Below are positions 51,801 through 64,000 of a DNA stretch of 64,000 bases, piece after piece. The stretch spans positions 5,498 to 69,497 of the forward strand of contig JAUZRK010000021.1 of the NCBI GenBank assembly GCA_030950485.1. Direction: 5' to 3'. Origin of the DNA: Candidatus Dojkabacteria bacterium. Its GTDB lineage: Bacteria > Patescibacteriota > Dojkabacteria > J137. How positions within the stretch are numbered: the first letter of the stretch is position 1; each line of letters opens with the position of its first letter. The notes below the pieces were generated by a model. The model was not told the DNA's origin and searched no databases. It saw nothing but the letters and a program-made list of their open reading frames with translations. The translations under genes were made by a program, and so were the position numbers.

Positions 51801-54800
51801 CAGAATAATACTATATTTGCATCAGTTGGAATTAGGTTAAAGGGACCCAATAAAATATTTAGAAATAATTTTGTAGCATCAGAAAGTACAAAATCTGATC
51901 CTTATTTCGGAGTAACTAATTCAGGGATAATTATCGATGCAGGTGGATGGAGCGGGCGAGCGATTGAGCTTTTTTCAGCTGATCCAGATGACGAATTACT
52001 ACTAACAGGTAATTATTTTGACGGGCACAACAGTATAATGGAACCTTATGATCCAAATACACATATAACCATCGGAGGACAAGGAGTAGATGCAAATTCA
52101 CTATGTATGGGATTAGAGAAGAATTGTTTTAGTAATGTAGGTAATACTACAATTATAACTAGAGATAGAGCAGCAGGATTTAACTTAGGGGGAACATATC
52201 CTGTAAATTATTCAACAATAGAATTAGATAATGAAATAATATACGATATTGGCGCAACAAAAGTACCTCTTATTGTTGTGGGTCTTGAAGGAACATACGA
52301 GTTATTCTCAGGAGATCAGAGGAGGACAGATCTTACTGACGGCTCAATTTCAATACCTATACTTAATTCTGATTATGTTACTGATATTTGGGATCTTTAT
52401 ACATATATTACAGAAATTCAAAATAGCAAAGTTGATTGTACGGATCCTCTAGATTGCCCTGGCTCCAATGGTGAAAATGAAAAAACAGTTATATTTACAC
52501 CGCCAAGTGCAGTAGGAATTGCAGATATTACTTATCCGGGAGTACAAATACCTATGTTAGTAGTAGATGAGAACGGGGATAAATTTATTGGATCTCCAAG
52601 ACTAGGCGATCTTGAAACTGGTCATTTTACTATGTTGGAGCCATTTAGTTTTGATGGATTTACAACAGATACTCCAAGTATAGATAACGGAGAACCTTGG
52701 AGTACAAGTCCGACTGCTAGTGGAACACTTAGCCCACTTACTACACCTGTAAATTACTACTATTTAATATTCCGACAAGTGACTCTGGTTATGTAGATTA
52801 TAATGGAGGAGCAGGAGAATCATTAGATGGAGACGACTATTGGAGTATTCGGCCAGTAACTCAGTTACCTACTTTAACTAGTTCAATAAATATAGATGGT
52901 TCATCTCAATCATCAAATCAGGGAAATTTAAATATATTTGGACCAGAAATCGAGATTCAAGATGGAGCGAACATTTCAAATGGATTGGTAATTACTGGAG
53001 ATACAATTAATATTGATAACATTGTTATTAATAGTTTTACGGGCCAAATAGACATTGATGGATCCGACGGAGTCGAGATAACAAATAACTACATTGGACT
53101 AGATACAAAAGCTAAATATCTTTCTGCCTTTGCTAATGGAATAGATATTCATGGCGAATCAAATAACATAATAATTGGAAATGATATTACAGATGGAAAT
53201 ATATTTGGAGGATCAGTAAATGACGCTTACGCTAATATAAATATTACGAGTACTGATAATGGTGTATTTGAGAAATATGTATCTATAAGAGGAAATTATA
53301 TCGGAATCGATCCTGTTGGGAATATTATTGGTAATAATACTGTAGACGGTATTGAGCTAAAAGGTGTTTATGGAACTTCAGTTGATATAGGTGGTCCTGA
53401 CCCATCTCATCGTAATATTATTTCTTCAACTGGAGGACATGAAGCTATAATATTAGACCTACTGGAGTTTTAGCTTCTAATTTAAATCCAGTTATAAATA
53501 TTAAGAATAACTATTTATGTACAGATGAAAATGGTAACTCTAAAAATATTAATTATATTTGTAACATAGGAATTTATATTTCCGCACCTAATATTTATCC
53601 ATATGAAGATAATAATTATCTAGACCATATAGACTTAAATATAGGGGGGGCTTAGGAGAAGGTAATGTCTTTGGAAATACTTATGGAGCAATCTACTGGG
53701 ATATATCACTAGGCGCAGAGGTTTCATACAATACATTTTTAAACTCAGTCTATGGTTACGGTATAAATGCTACAGCTTTTAGAATAATATCCAACTTTGC
53801 TGATATTCAAATATTAAATAATTTTTTTGGAGTCACTTTATTAGATCCATATTTTGGGAAAGGATCGTATCCAGATATAGGAAGTTTAAGTGCGATTCCA
53901 ATGGGCTCATATAGTACAACTATAAAGGGAAATGTATTCTCTTTAGTTAATGTAGGAGTAGAGGCTAATAGTTATATAAAAAATGATACTTCAACATTTC
54001 ATACTCCACTTGTAACGATCGGAGGTACAGGAGTCTTAGCAGATTCACTTTGTGGTGATTTATATGGTCTTGGTAATGTAGAACAAAACTGCTTTATTGA
54101 TTCTACGTATATAGGTGAATTTAGAAATATGTTACCAGAAAATGAGTCTACTTACTTAACTAGTGATAACTATTTTGAGGTAAATGGAGATATTAATACT
54201 GTATTATCTACTGAACTAAAGGCGGTAAAATATATATGGTCTACAAGATTGGAATTAGTAACTGGCACTAAAAGGCGTACTGATTTAGCAGATGGGGTTA
54301 TTACTTTTGATGAATTTTTCGGTGATTACTTTATCTATAATGATGACGTAGGAGTTCCAGACCCAGGGGTAGAGTTTAGAACATTACAAAATATAACCAC
54401 AGATTGTACAGTGTCATTAGATGACTGTAACGGAGTTGATGGAATTCTAAATAAATCATCATTCTTATACAACACTAATGGGTTGCTATGGTTAAACGGA
54501 CAATTAATTTCTAAAGATGTATTGCAAGATAGAACTATTCTAGATAGAAGTGATTTGGCTTTCGATGGAAATCATATTGCATCAAAAAACTTTAGTCTAG
54601 ATGGTAATAGTCTCACTGATCCAGCTACAGATGATTTTGGAGCTATCTGGACGTTTGATGATACAGCTACAGGAGGTATAGCAACGGCTGACTACGGCCA
54701 TATTCAAACATTACAAATACAAGTAGTAGACGCGAATCCGATCTGGAATGGATCAGAATGGGTAATAACCGTAGATTCAACAAGTGATGAAGATAATGTT

Positions 54801-57800
54801 TCAATAAGTGGTTATGAGCAAGACCCAGGAGTAGCATATTCAGGCGGAGGTCAAGAAGTAGTAGACGGACTTTCATATGGAAAAACCAGTTTAAGAGAAG
54901 CAATAATAGTAGCTAATAACTTTGCAAATCCAGTAACGATTAAATTTGATATTCCAACAACAGACCCAGGTTATATTAATCCTGATGGAAGTAGAACATC
55001 AACTGCAGAGCCTGCAGGTACTTATACAGCAACAACCTCAGGTTATTGGTACACATAGTAGATGCAAGTCCCACTCACTACATTATAGACAAAAACGAAA
55101 GCTTAACTATAGATGGTTACTCACAGCCAGGTACAAGTCGAAATACTGCATCAATTGGCCAGCCATTTAATGCAAAGCTAGGGATTCAATTAAATCTTTA
55201 TACAATAACTATAAATAATGCTAATGACCTACACATCACTGGATTAAATATTCAAGGTCACGATAATGCAATTAGATACGATAGTGTTGATACAACTCCT
55301 CCTATTAATGATATTTGGCTCGAAGGAAATTACTTTGGTACAAATATTGACGGTTCTAACCTGGCAGTTGCAGGTTATAGTTCATCAGGAGGAATTAGGT
55401 TTACACAAGAAATGTACGGGTTTGTCATTGGTACTAATGGAGATGGTGTAAATGACGCTGGAGAGTTTAATATTATAAGTGGTCAGAATCAGCCGATTAG
55501 TGGGTTAATTACAATATATTCATTTGACCCAATTACAGATGTCAGAATTTCGGGAAATTATATACATACTGACTATACTGGAGAAGTTTGCTCGGATTGA
55601 TGGAGCGATATTTGGAAGTAATCTAGATGGTATATCTGATGACAATGAATCAAATGTATTCGGATGTATTGATACTAACTATAGGTCTTTTATCCGAGCT
55701 TACAATTTGAATAATTCGATAATAGCGAATAACTATATGGGAGTTTCTCCAAATGGTACAAATATAATGAATAAAGCTTTTGGGTCAAACTATACATTAG
55801 ATATTCAAAATACGGACAATCTTAGAGTAGAGAACAATATTATTAATTCTTATAACTCTACTGACTTAGGATCTATATATATTAGAAATGGAAATATAAA
55901 TTTACAGATAGTAGACAATGCTGTATTAGGTGGTACAGTAGGATTATCAGGTGCAACTACTGGAGCATTAATAAAAGGGAATATTTTTGAAGGATATACA
56001 GATAAAGCTATAGTTTTAACTGATGATAGTGATGGAATTACATTAGAAGAGAATACTTTTGAGAGATCTAGTTCAGTTGGTAAAGTAATTCATTTAGGAG
56101 CATTTATAGCTGATGATTTATTAAGTACTCCAAACGATCCTAATGATACAGATATTGGGGTTAATGAATTAATGAATTAATGAATTGGCCAATAATCTAC
56201 AGTGTAAATTATTTAGGTTCAGATCAATTTGAGATCAAAGGATATTTAGATGGTAATCCTTTAGAGGCTCCTTTTGATATTGAGATTTGTGAAAGTGAAG
56301 ATAATATCTCAGGGCATGGGGGTTGTACTCAAAGTTTAGATAAATTCAGTATAGTTACAGATGGAGAGTGGTCTAGAGTAGTAACATTTACTGGAGCAGT
56401 TGGAGATGAAATATTCAGTGCATTAGCAACTAATAATAATGGCTCTACATCAGAATTTGGAAATTATGTAGATACAAAACCTGAAAATATTGGAGGAAAT
56501 TGGGTAATTACAGTAAACAGTACGTCAGACGAAGACAACGTAAGTACTAATTTATATAATTGCGAGGGAGTAGTGGCACAATGCGGTGGATTTGAAGGTC
56601 CTGATGGAAAGGCAAATGGGTTGACTAGTTTGAGAGAGGCAATAATAGTTGCTAATAACTTTGCAAATCCAGTAACGATTGAATTTGATATTCCAACAAC
56701 AGACCCAGGTTATATTAATCCTGATGGAAGTAGAACATCAACTGCAGAGCCTGCAGGTACTTATACTTCAAAAGATAATGGATATTTTTACGTTAATATA
56801 GCCAATGGAGACTTAACTGTAACAAATTCTATTACTATAAATGGATATACACAAATAGGAAGCACAGTGAATACTAACGTATTTGGAGAGAATTTAAATA
56901 GTAATCTTATGATTCAACTTAATTTAAATTCTTACTTAATAAAATTAAATTCAAATGATAATAAATTATTAGGTTTAAATTTATATCGAAAAAATAGTCC
57001 AGTTGTACTGCAATTAAACTCTTCATCAGATAATTATATTCAGGGAAATATTTCCGGGGGGAATATAACTGGTGAATTTGCAGAAGGGACAGGTTCTATA
57101 CAAGTCTGTGGTAATTCAAATGGTAATGTAATAGGTACTGATGGAGATGGTATAAATGACGCAGGTGAAAGAAATTTAATAATCAGCAATGAAGACCTTG
57201 CAATAATTGGTAATTCCGAAGGTTTAATATACTTTCAAGGAACTCAATCGAATAATGTTATAGCGGGTAATTATATAGGAGTAGACAGATCTGGTAATAC
57301 TTGTGCAGCTGGTAATTTTTATCGGATGGCAGTTCACTCATTTTCAGGAACAAAAACTAACTTTAGAGTTGGTACAGATTTAAATGGAATTAGTGATTCT
57401 GAGGAATCCAATATAATTGGTTGTGTAAGTGAAGGAACAAGGCTAGTGGGACTAACATTACTAGTACCTATATCTGTCTTTAGCATCATTAACTGGCAAG
57501 ATAGCACTATAATTGGAAATTATATTGGAACAACTCCAAATAACGATATTCTTAAAGCAGATTTTCCAAGATCCTTAATGCTTATACAATCTACATCATC
57601 CTCAAATCTAAATATTAGAGATAATACTTTTGCATATAACTTAGGCGAGGGGATAGTAGTATCTAACAATGATGTATCACTAACTTTCTTTCAAAATAGA
57701 ATCTACTCAGTTACAGGTTTGAACATTGATTTAGGCGGGGCATCGCAGAGTATTGGGGATGGAGTAACAGCAAATGACTCGGGTGATATAGATGCAGGCC

Positions 57801-60800
57801 CAAATGATTCAATGAACTATCCAATAATAACAAGTATTCGATATATAGGATCAGATCAATTTGAAATAGAAGGAACATTGGATGGAAATATATTAGAAGC
57901 ACCATATGAAATAGAAATATGTGAAAGCGATGATCACCCTTCGGGACATGGAGGATGTATACAAGCATTAGATACATTTACATTAAATACACCTGGAGAA
58001 TGGGATAGGACAGTCACATTAACAGGAGCAATTGGAAATGAGAAATTTAGTACATTGGCTACTAATTCGAATGGATCAACAAGTGAATTCGGAGAAACAA
58101 TAATAACAGATGCAAATCCATATTATGATGGAAGTAAATGGACAATAACTGTAGATAGTACAAGTGATGAGGATAATGTAAGTACATCAGGAAGTGATGA
58201 TGGAGATGGAGCATATTCAGGAGGAGGATTAACAGGTATAGATGGGAATGCAGACGGGAAGACTTCTTTAAGAGAAGCAATAATAGTAGCTAATAATTTT
58301 GCTAATCCTGTGACTATTGAGTTTAATATTCCTACTAGTGATCCTGGTTGGAATACAATTGAATTTCCAAATGCATTTAAAATAAGTTTCACTGGAGCAG
58401 CACTTGAGTTAAACAGTGAAAGTACAATTATAGATGGAAAATCACAAACTAACTTTACTGGTGACACTTCACAAGTAATATTAGAACCTGAAAGTATGCC
58501 TGTTATAGGAAATGCAACTAGGGGGCCAGAGATCAACATTTATTTCAGCTTGAATACAATTTCAGCACCACTTAGATTAAATGCAGCAGATATAACAATC
58601 GATTCTATGGGTTTTTATAATAATCCAATCAATTTAAGGCGGCCACTTACCCTATACGACCAAGCAATAAATGCAACAATCAGAAACAGTGACTTTGTAA
58701 ATAACGAAGGAGGCATTTTTGTAGCACCTGGAAATAATGGACTTACATTACAAAGTAGTGTGATAAGAAATAACGCAGAGTATGATTATCGATTTGATGG
58801 TATTGAAAGCGAGTTTAGTGGTGCATTGATAGAAGATAATCAGTTTGTTTCAAATGGTGGAGCGGCTATAGGGTCACAACAGACGGTCACTCAGGGAGAA
58901 GGAGCAATTATTAGAAACAATTTGATAAAAGCTAATGGGTTTAATCCAACTTTACAAGGCCCAGGAACAGCGATAGCGCCTTCTCCACCTGGACCTCCAG
59001 CTATAACAATGAATAATATTCAAATTTATGGGAATTCAATTGTAGGTAATTCTAGATTTGGAATCCTTGTCTCATCTGGAGTTCAAGGTATAACCTTACA
59101 AGGAAACAAAATCTATGGTTCTAGTGAATCAGATCTAGAAATTACAAATAGTCTCATGGACTTTAATGTCTTAGATGGAGATGGAATTAATATAAACGAC
59201 CCAGGTGATGCAGACACGGGAACAAACGACCTAATGAATTCACCAGTAATTGAAAATATAATATATAGAAGTGTTGATAAAACATACATAATAAGTGGAG
59301 ACTTAGATAATGAGGTAGTCGGAGAGGGACCAAAAATTATAGAAATTTGTGTGAGTCAAAATACTCTAAGTGGGAACTGTCTAGAAAGTGTAGGGCTAAC
59401 TTTAAGCAACAGTCCATGGGAGATAGAAGTACAAGTTAGCGGTAGTTATGGGAATCCAGCAGATCTGATGTTTAGCGCTTTAGCGACAAACGCATTAGGA
59501 TCTACAAGTGAGTTCAGTAGCATACATGCAGTAGATGTTATTCAAACTCCTGTAACAGGATCTCTACAATATGATATAACACTAGTCTCTCCTATAAATA
59601 ATGCTCAGCTAATAAATCAATTAACTCCAACTTTAGACTGGAACCCAAGTAGTGATCCAGAACTAGTTATATACAGAATTTATCTTGATGGGGTTTTTAT
59701 AGGCGAAGTTGATTCATCAATTACAGAACTTACAATTCCTGGAGACTTAGAACTAAATCAAAGCTATAACTGGCAAGTTAAGGGATTTAGAATAGATGAT
59801 AGTCTTAGTGGTGAAAGTGATCTTTGGACATTCAGTATAGTTACTGAAGATGAACAAGAAGAAAATGAGCCAACGGATGAGAATGAGCCTACTGATGAAA
59901 ATAATGGTGAGAATAATGAGGGAGGAAATACTGATAATCCTAAGCCTATTACACCAAATAATATCCCAACTTCATATCCTGAAGAAGAAGAAATTATAAA
60001 AGTACCAGATCAGACAGTTGTTGACCTTGGGACAGATCAACCAATACAAGTTCCAGTAACTGAAGGAATATTTAAACTAAAAGAAGATAAGTTTGATGTT
60101 TGGCTTACTGTACCGGTTATAACTGGAGGATCTCTAGCCGCAGTTGCAGCAATTAACAACATATTTGGATTCCTTTTTGGATGGTTGTTTAGTAAAAAAA
60201 ATAAATACTGGGGATTTGTTTTTGATGAAGAAACAGAAACTGGGGTTTCATTTGCTACAATCAGACTATATAGGAAACTTGAAAATGACAGAAGAGAAAT
60301 AATTAGTGAAAAGGTTTCAGATCTTGAAGGAAAATATGGATTTGTAGTAGAGAAGTCAGGTACTTATCAAATTGAAGTAAGAGCATCTGGATTTGGTCCA
60401 AGAATTATAGATAATATAGAAATTAATCAGGGCAGAGAAGTAATTCAAGATATTGGATTACTAAATATTAGTTCATCAAAAAAGTCTGATATTAGTTTTA
60501 ATAAAAAGAAATTATTTAAATTAATAAATATAGGACTTTTTATATTAATGTCTAGCGGGTTTATCTACTCACTATATGCATTAATTAAAAGCCCGGTGCT
60601 AAGTAATTATTTCTTTACTATTGGATATCTTATCTTTACTGTACTTAATATTTTAGGATACATTTTCAAGCATAAACATAAAGCTGGAATTGTATTAGAT
60701 GAATCTGGAGAACCAATTAAAGGAGCAATTATTAGACTATTTCAAGGTCCTGACCAAGTATTGTTAGCTATGTCTAATGCTAACGGAGAGTTAAAAGAAA

Positions 60801-60934
60801 ATATTGAGAGCGGAGAATATAGTATTTTGGTTTACAAAGAAGGTTTCATAAAGATATCTAATTATTTAATTAATGTAACTGAAGGAGGTCAGCTAGGAGA
60901 AAATATTGTTTTAGAAAAACAAGAATTAAATTAG
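48819..60934 (+). CDS. Probable single giant protein (~4000 aa): receiver domain, TMs, CSLREA/beta-helix repeats, FN3-like domain, TM, carboxypeptidase-regulatory-like domains; split by frameshifts
   Basis: ORFs 48819, 49340, 50709, 52985, 53901, 55046, 55524 and 56180 overlap or join across homopolymers (G6 at ~49361, A run ~50620, G run ~53644); repeated TVDSTxD...(C/T)(T/S)LR(A/E)AI..AN and NGDGxND modules. Confidence 0.7.
54894..56766 (+). repeat. Near-identical 134-bp repeat pair (54894-55027 and 56633-56766); diverged third copy near 58270
   Basis: Encodes REAIIVANNFANPVTI(K/E)FDIPTTDPGYINPDGSRTSTAEPAGTYT with only 3 nucleotide mismatches. Confidence 0.9.
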
Positions 60935-60953
60935 AAAAAGAAGTTAATAAATT

Positions 60954-60991
60954 AATAAAAAAGAGCACTAATTTTTAGTGCTCTTTTTATT
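60954..60991. terminator. Bidirectional intrinsic terminator
   Basis: AAAAAGAGCACTAA-TTT-TTAGTGCTCTTTTT between convergent genes. Confidence 0.85.
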
Positions 60992-61009
60992 TTCTTTGTA
61001 TATTTGAAA

Positions 61010-61591
61010 CTATTCTTCTAAATAGTTCTTATAGTCTTTATCCTTTCTCATCATGTTTTCAATTGAATTTCTAACGATTTGAGCCTTATGCATTCTTTTT
61101 GTACTTGCAGCCCAATCAAGATATCTTTCAATTTCTGATGAAATAATAAGAATGAATTTTGTATCCATTTTTTTCTTAGCTTCTTCAACAGCTGAATCGA
61201 TTACGTCGCTTATATTCTTAGGATTATATGTCTTTATAATTAGATTTCTAGAAGATGCTCCTTCAATATATTCAAACTCGTTATCAGAAACTGAATCTTT
61301 CTTTAAAGCTATTACAATTTTCTTTTCTCCTAGAGCTTGTGAAATTTCAAAACCTGTTTTTGAATCTGGAACAGAAACTTCTGTTATTAAGATATCAATA
61401 TTTTTAATTAGTTTTCGAATCTTATCGTGTAAATTTTCAGCAGAAACTGTAGTTCCTTTTTTACTACCTTTTCTTAGGCTTACATCTTGGGTTATATTAT
61501 GACCAAGTTTTTTTAAATACTCTATCCCTTCTTTGAATGCTTTAATCTCAGAATCTTTATAATTCGTTGGCAATGTTGAAATAATTTTCAT
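61010..61591 (-). CDS. NDT-like fold plus RHH protein (same architecture as 27625-28146)
   Basis: IDILITEVS....GFEISQAL..KKIVIAL; C-terminal KFILIIS...HKAQIVRNSI. Confidence 0.65.
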   Translation of the reverse strand: MKIISTLPTNYKDSEIKAFKEGIEYLKKLGHNITQDVSLRKGSKKGTTVSAENLHDKIRKLIKNIDILITEVSVPDSKTGFEISQALGEKKIVIALKKDSVSDNEFEYIEGASSRNLIIKTYNPKNISDVIDSAVEEAKKKMDTKFILIISSEIERYLDWAASTKRMHKAQIVRNSIENMMRKDKDYKNYLEE

Positions 61592-61807
61592 CTATATTCT
61601 TGTTAACTATTAAACTAAAATCTATTTATATATATCAATTATATTATTTGTTTGGAAATTATACAATTGTTTTGTTACAAATGTCTAGTTATCTTAGGAT
61701 AATAAAGCCTAAAAAGAAAAAATACTGTAGTATAAATAGTCAATTTAGCTAAATTTAATTGATATTTAGTCCGCATTACTCCATAATTCATTAAGAAGAA
61801 AAATAAT

Positions 61808-63031
61808 ATGTTTGGATTAAAAAGTAATAAGAAAACAAATCTCAAAGGTGATGAATCATTTCTATCGGTAGATATTGGAACTGAGTTTGTAAAGGTAGCA
61901 CTATGTGAGGTAGAAGGAGGAGAGGTTCTTATCTATGGTTATGCAAAAAAAAGACAGGATGAATACTCAATGCAGAACGCAGTTATTGTTGACTTAGAAA
62001 AAGTTACAGACATAGTAGACCTTGCTATAGGCGACGCAGTTACAATGGCTAATAATAAATTTGATAGAAATTTTTATCCAAGTAGAGTAGTAATGGGTAT
62101 TGCAGGAGAGCTAGTAAAAGGAGTTAGTATTGATGTTGAAGTAGATAGAGAAGACTCAGAAAGAAAGATTTCTAAAAAAGAGATCCAAGGAATTTTAGAT
62201 AATGTAGCAGAATATACATTTGAACATACAATAAATGAAATTAGTGAAGAAATAGGTCTAGTTCCAGAAGATATAAAAGAAATAGATATTTCTATTGATA
62301 GTATCTATGTAAATGGGAATAAAACTAAAAATCCCGAAGGTTTAACAGGTAAAGATATAGTTTATAAAGTTTTTTCAACATTTGCCCCAAGAACACACTA
62401 CAGTGCTATTGAGCGAGTAGCTCATAATCTGAGATTAAATTTAGAAAAAATCGTAGTAGAGCCGTATGCTTTAGCTCACGGAATAGCAAATATGAATGAG
62501 CGAGGAAATAGCGCTATATTTATAGATATTGGTGGAGGTACAACTGATATTGCACTTGTTAAAAATGGAGACTTAGTCGGAACAAAAATGTTTTCAGTAG
62601 GAGGAAGAGCATTTACTAAATCAATATTAAGAGAATTTAATTTAGACTATCTTAATGCAGAGAAATTAAAGCTAGATTATTCATTAGATAAATTAACTAA
62701 AATTGATACCACTAAACTTAGAAACTGTATAACAGAAGATATTGAAGTTTGGCTTGAAGGAGTTTTATTAACACTTGAATCATTTTCAGAAGTTAAAGAA
62801 TATCCTCCGAGATTCTATTTATGCGGAGGAGGCTCATTATTACCAGACGTAAGGACAAGTATAATAGAATATCCATGGACTAAATACTTGAATTTTAAAA
62901 CTTTCCCTAGAGTAGAGTTATTGTTACCTAATAAAGTTAAAGATGTAATAGATTTAACTAAAACCGCTGTTCACGCAACAGACGTAACACCTTTAGCTCT
63001 AGCAAGAACTATTATGGAGACAACACTATAA
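61808..63031 (+). CDS. ftsA: FtsA-like actin-fold ATPase
   Basis: VDIGTEFVK, VVEPYA, IDIGGGTTD, GGRAFT, AEKLK, LCGGGSLL. Confidence 0.75.
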   Translation: MFGLKSNKKTNLKGDESFLSVDIGTEFVKVALCEVEGGEVLIYGYAKKRQDEYSMQNAVIVDLEKVTDIVDLAIGDAVTMANNKFDRNFYPSRVVMGIAGELVKGVSIDVEVDREDSERKISKKEIQGILDNVAEYTFEHTINEISEEIGLVPEDIKEIDISIDSIYVNGNKTKNPEGLTGKDIVYKVFSTFAPRTHYSAIERVAHNLRLNLEKIVVEPYALAHGIANMNERGNSAIFIDIGGGTTDIALVKNGDLVGTKMFSVGGRAFTKSILREFNLDYLNAEKLKLDYSLDKLTKIDTTKLRNCITEDIEVWLEGVLLTLESFSEVKEYPPRFYLCGGGSLLPDVRTSIIEYPWTKYLNFKTFPRVELLLPNKVKDVIDLTKTAVHATDVTPLALARTIMETTL

Positions 63032-63033
63032 AA

Positions 63034-63915
63034 ATGAGCTTAAATAATACTAAAAAAATATTTATAGATATTTCAGAAGAAGTTACAAATGTAACTTCAC
63101 AGATAATTCATTCTCAAGAAGAAAGAGTTATTCTTGTTGCTCCTGAGAGCTCTTTAATTTTTTCTAATCTAATAAGTCTAAGTTTAATTCATAGAATGGC
63201 GAGCAAATATAATAAGCAAGCTATTTTAGTAACGGAAGATGAGTTTGGAATATCAAGTGCACAAAGAATAGGATTTGTAACAGTACAAAAAGTTAGTCAG
63301 ATAAATGAGGAATTATGGGACATAGCAAAAGATAAATTATTAAAATTTAAGTCAGATCTTGAAAGGAAGCTAAAACAGGATGATGAGATAGAAGAACTAA
63401 GAAAAGATATAATAGAGCCAATAGATGCGAAGATAGATCCAGTGGAAGAAAGTGACATTAGCGAGAATAGCGAGGAACCAGAAAATGAAATAAATAATAA
63501 TAGTGAAGAAGTTGAATCTACAGAATCTACAAACAATGAAGCTAACCAGAAAGATATTTCATTTAATAATTTTCAAAAGAAAGTTTCAAAACCTACATTC
63601 AAATTTATAACAAAAGGTAATATTGCTATTCTTCCTGGACAAGATGTATCTAAAGTAAGAAAAGAAGAATCAGTATCTGAAAGAGTTCAACCAAGAGATA
63701 ATCAGAATACATTTGCGGGAAGAGATTTTAAAGGAGAGGAAGAAAAAAAAGAAAGTTTAATTTCTAAACTATTTCATTTAGGAAAAGAAAACACAAGTAA
63801 TATAAGTTCACGAACTGAAAGATTATTAAAGGGTAGAGAAAAACCAAAATCAAATAAAAAATTAAATACAAAATTAAATACAAAAGGGATTTTTATTGTA
63901 TTCATTTTAATACCA
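63034..63915 (+). CDS. Conserved hypothetical membrane protein downstream of ftsA-like gene; probably truncated by a mis-join
   Basis: N-terminal IDISEEVT..VILVAPE..NLISLSL, acidic linker, TM start GIFIVFILIP, then an abrupt compositional change. Confidence 0.55.
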
Positions 63916-64000
63916 ATATCAACTTCTAAGGCTTCTTCGTCTCCACCAGCTTTAGCCATTGCTTGTTTTAAGAAGCGGTCCCGCTGATCTTCTGGGTCCA
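63916..64000 (-). other. lysS: Internal fragment of class II lysyl-tRNA synthetase (probable chimeric join)
   Basis: Minus-strand DPEDQRDRFLKQAMAKAGGDEEALEVD matches the LysRS segment DP.DQR.RF..Q.....GDDEA...D; higher GC than its flank. Confidence 0.6.

Noticed and set aside
54894-56766. DGR template/variable repeat pair (mismatches fall at adenines of copy 1)
   Set aside because: Only 3-5 differences, mostly synonymous third positions; both copies are mid-gene coding sequence, AAY codons are unchanged, and there is no reverse transcriptase in the window.
41380-58539. Many antisense or alternate-frame ORFs within the giant genes (and within rpoD, rny, ileS, ALDH)
   Set aside because: Shadow ORFs caused by codon bias of the real genes; no recognisable motifs.

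Overview
A low-GC (~30%) bacterial chromosomal window. Gene content and style (TrmB regulators, protease-less Lon, FtsA-like gene pair, giant surface proteins, weak Shine-Dalgarno signals) suggest Patescibacteria/CPR, possibly Dojkabacteria; this is inference. Housekeeping genes: rpoD, rny, parAB, ileS, fmt, mltG, ruvX/yqgF, comF, yidC, rplY, ftsA-like. RNA elements read directly from the DNA: tRNA-Asn(GTT), a long tmRNA with an ~40-aa tag, and a short-stem-I T-box riboswitch upstream of ileS. The best candidate novel system is an aberrant tRNA-like gene whose anticodon arm refolds into a GNRA hairpin; it lies 17 nt upstream of a PvcA/DIT1-like (class-I-aaRS-like fold) ORF and is divergent from a TrmB regulator. 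Other notable items: a fused HEPN-MNT gene, a heliorhodopsin cut off before its retinal Lys, an unannotated His-less Hpt ORF, orphan proteins with acidic N-termini (one ART-like, one pseudokinase-like), and a ~12-kb frameshifted gene that appears to join a receiver domain to a giant beta-helix surface protein. The sequence has many frameshifts, nonsense codons and probable mis-joins typical of an unpolished long-read assembly, so single-base claims need read-level checks.
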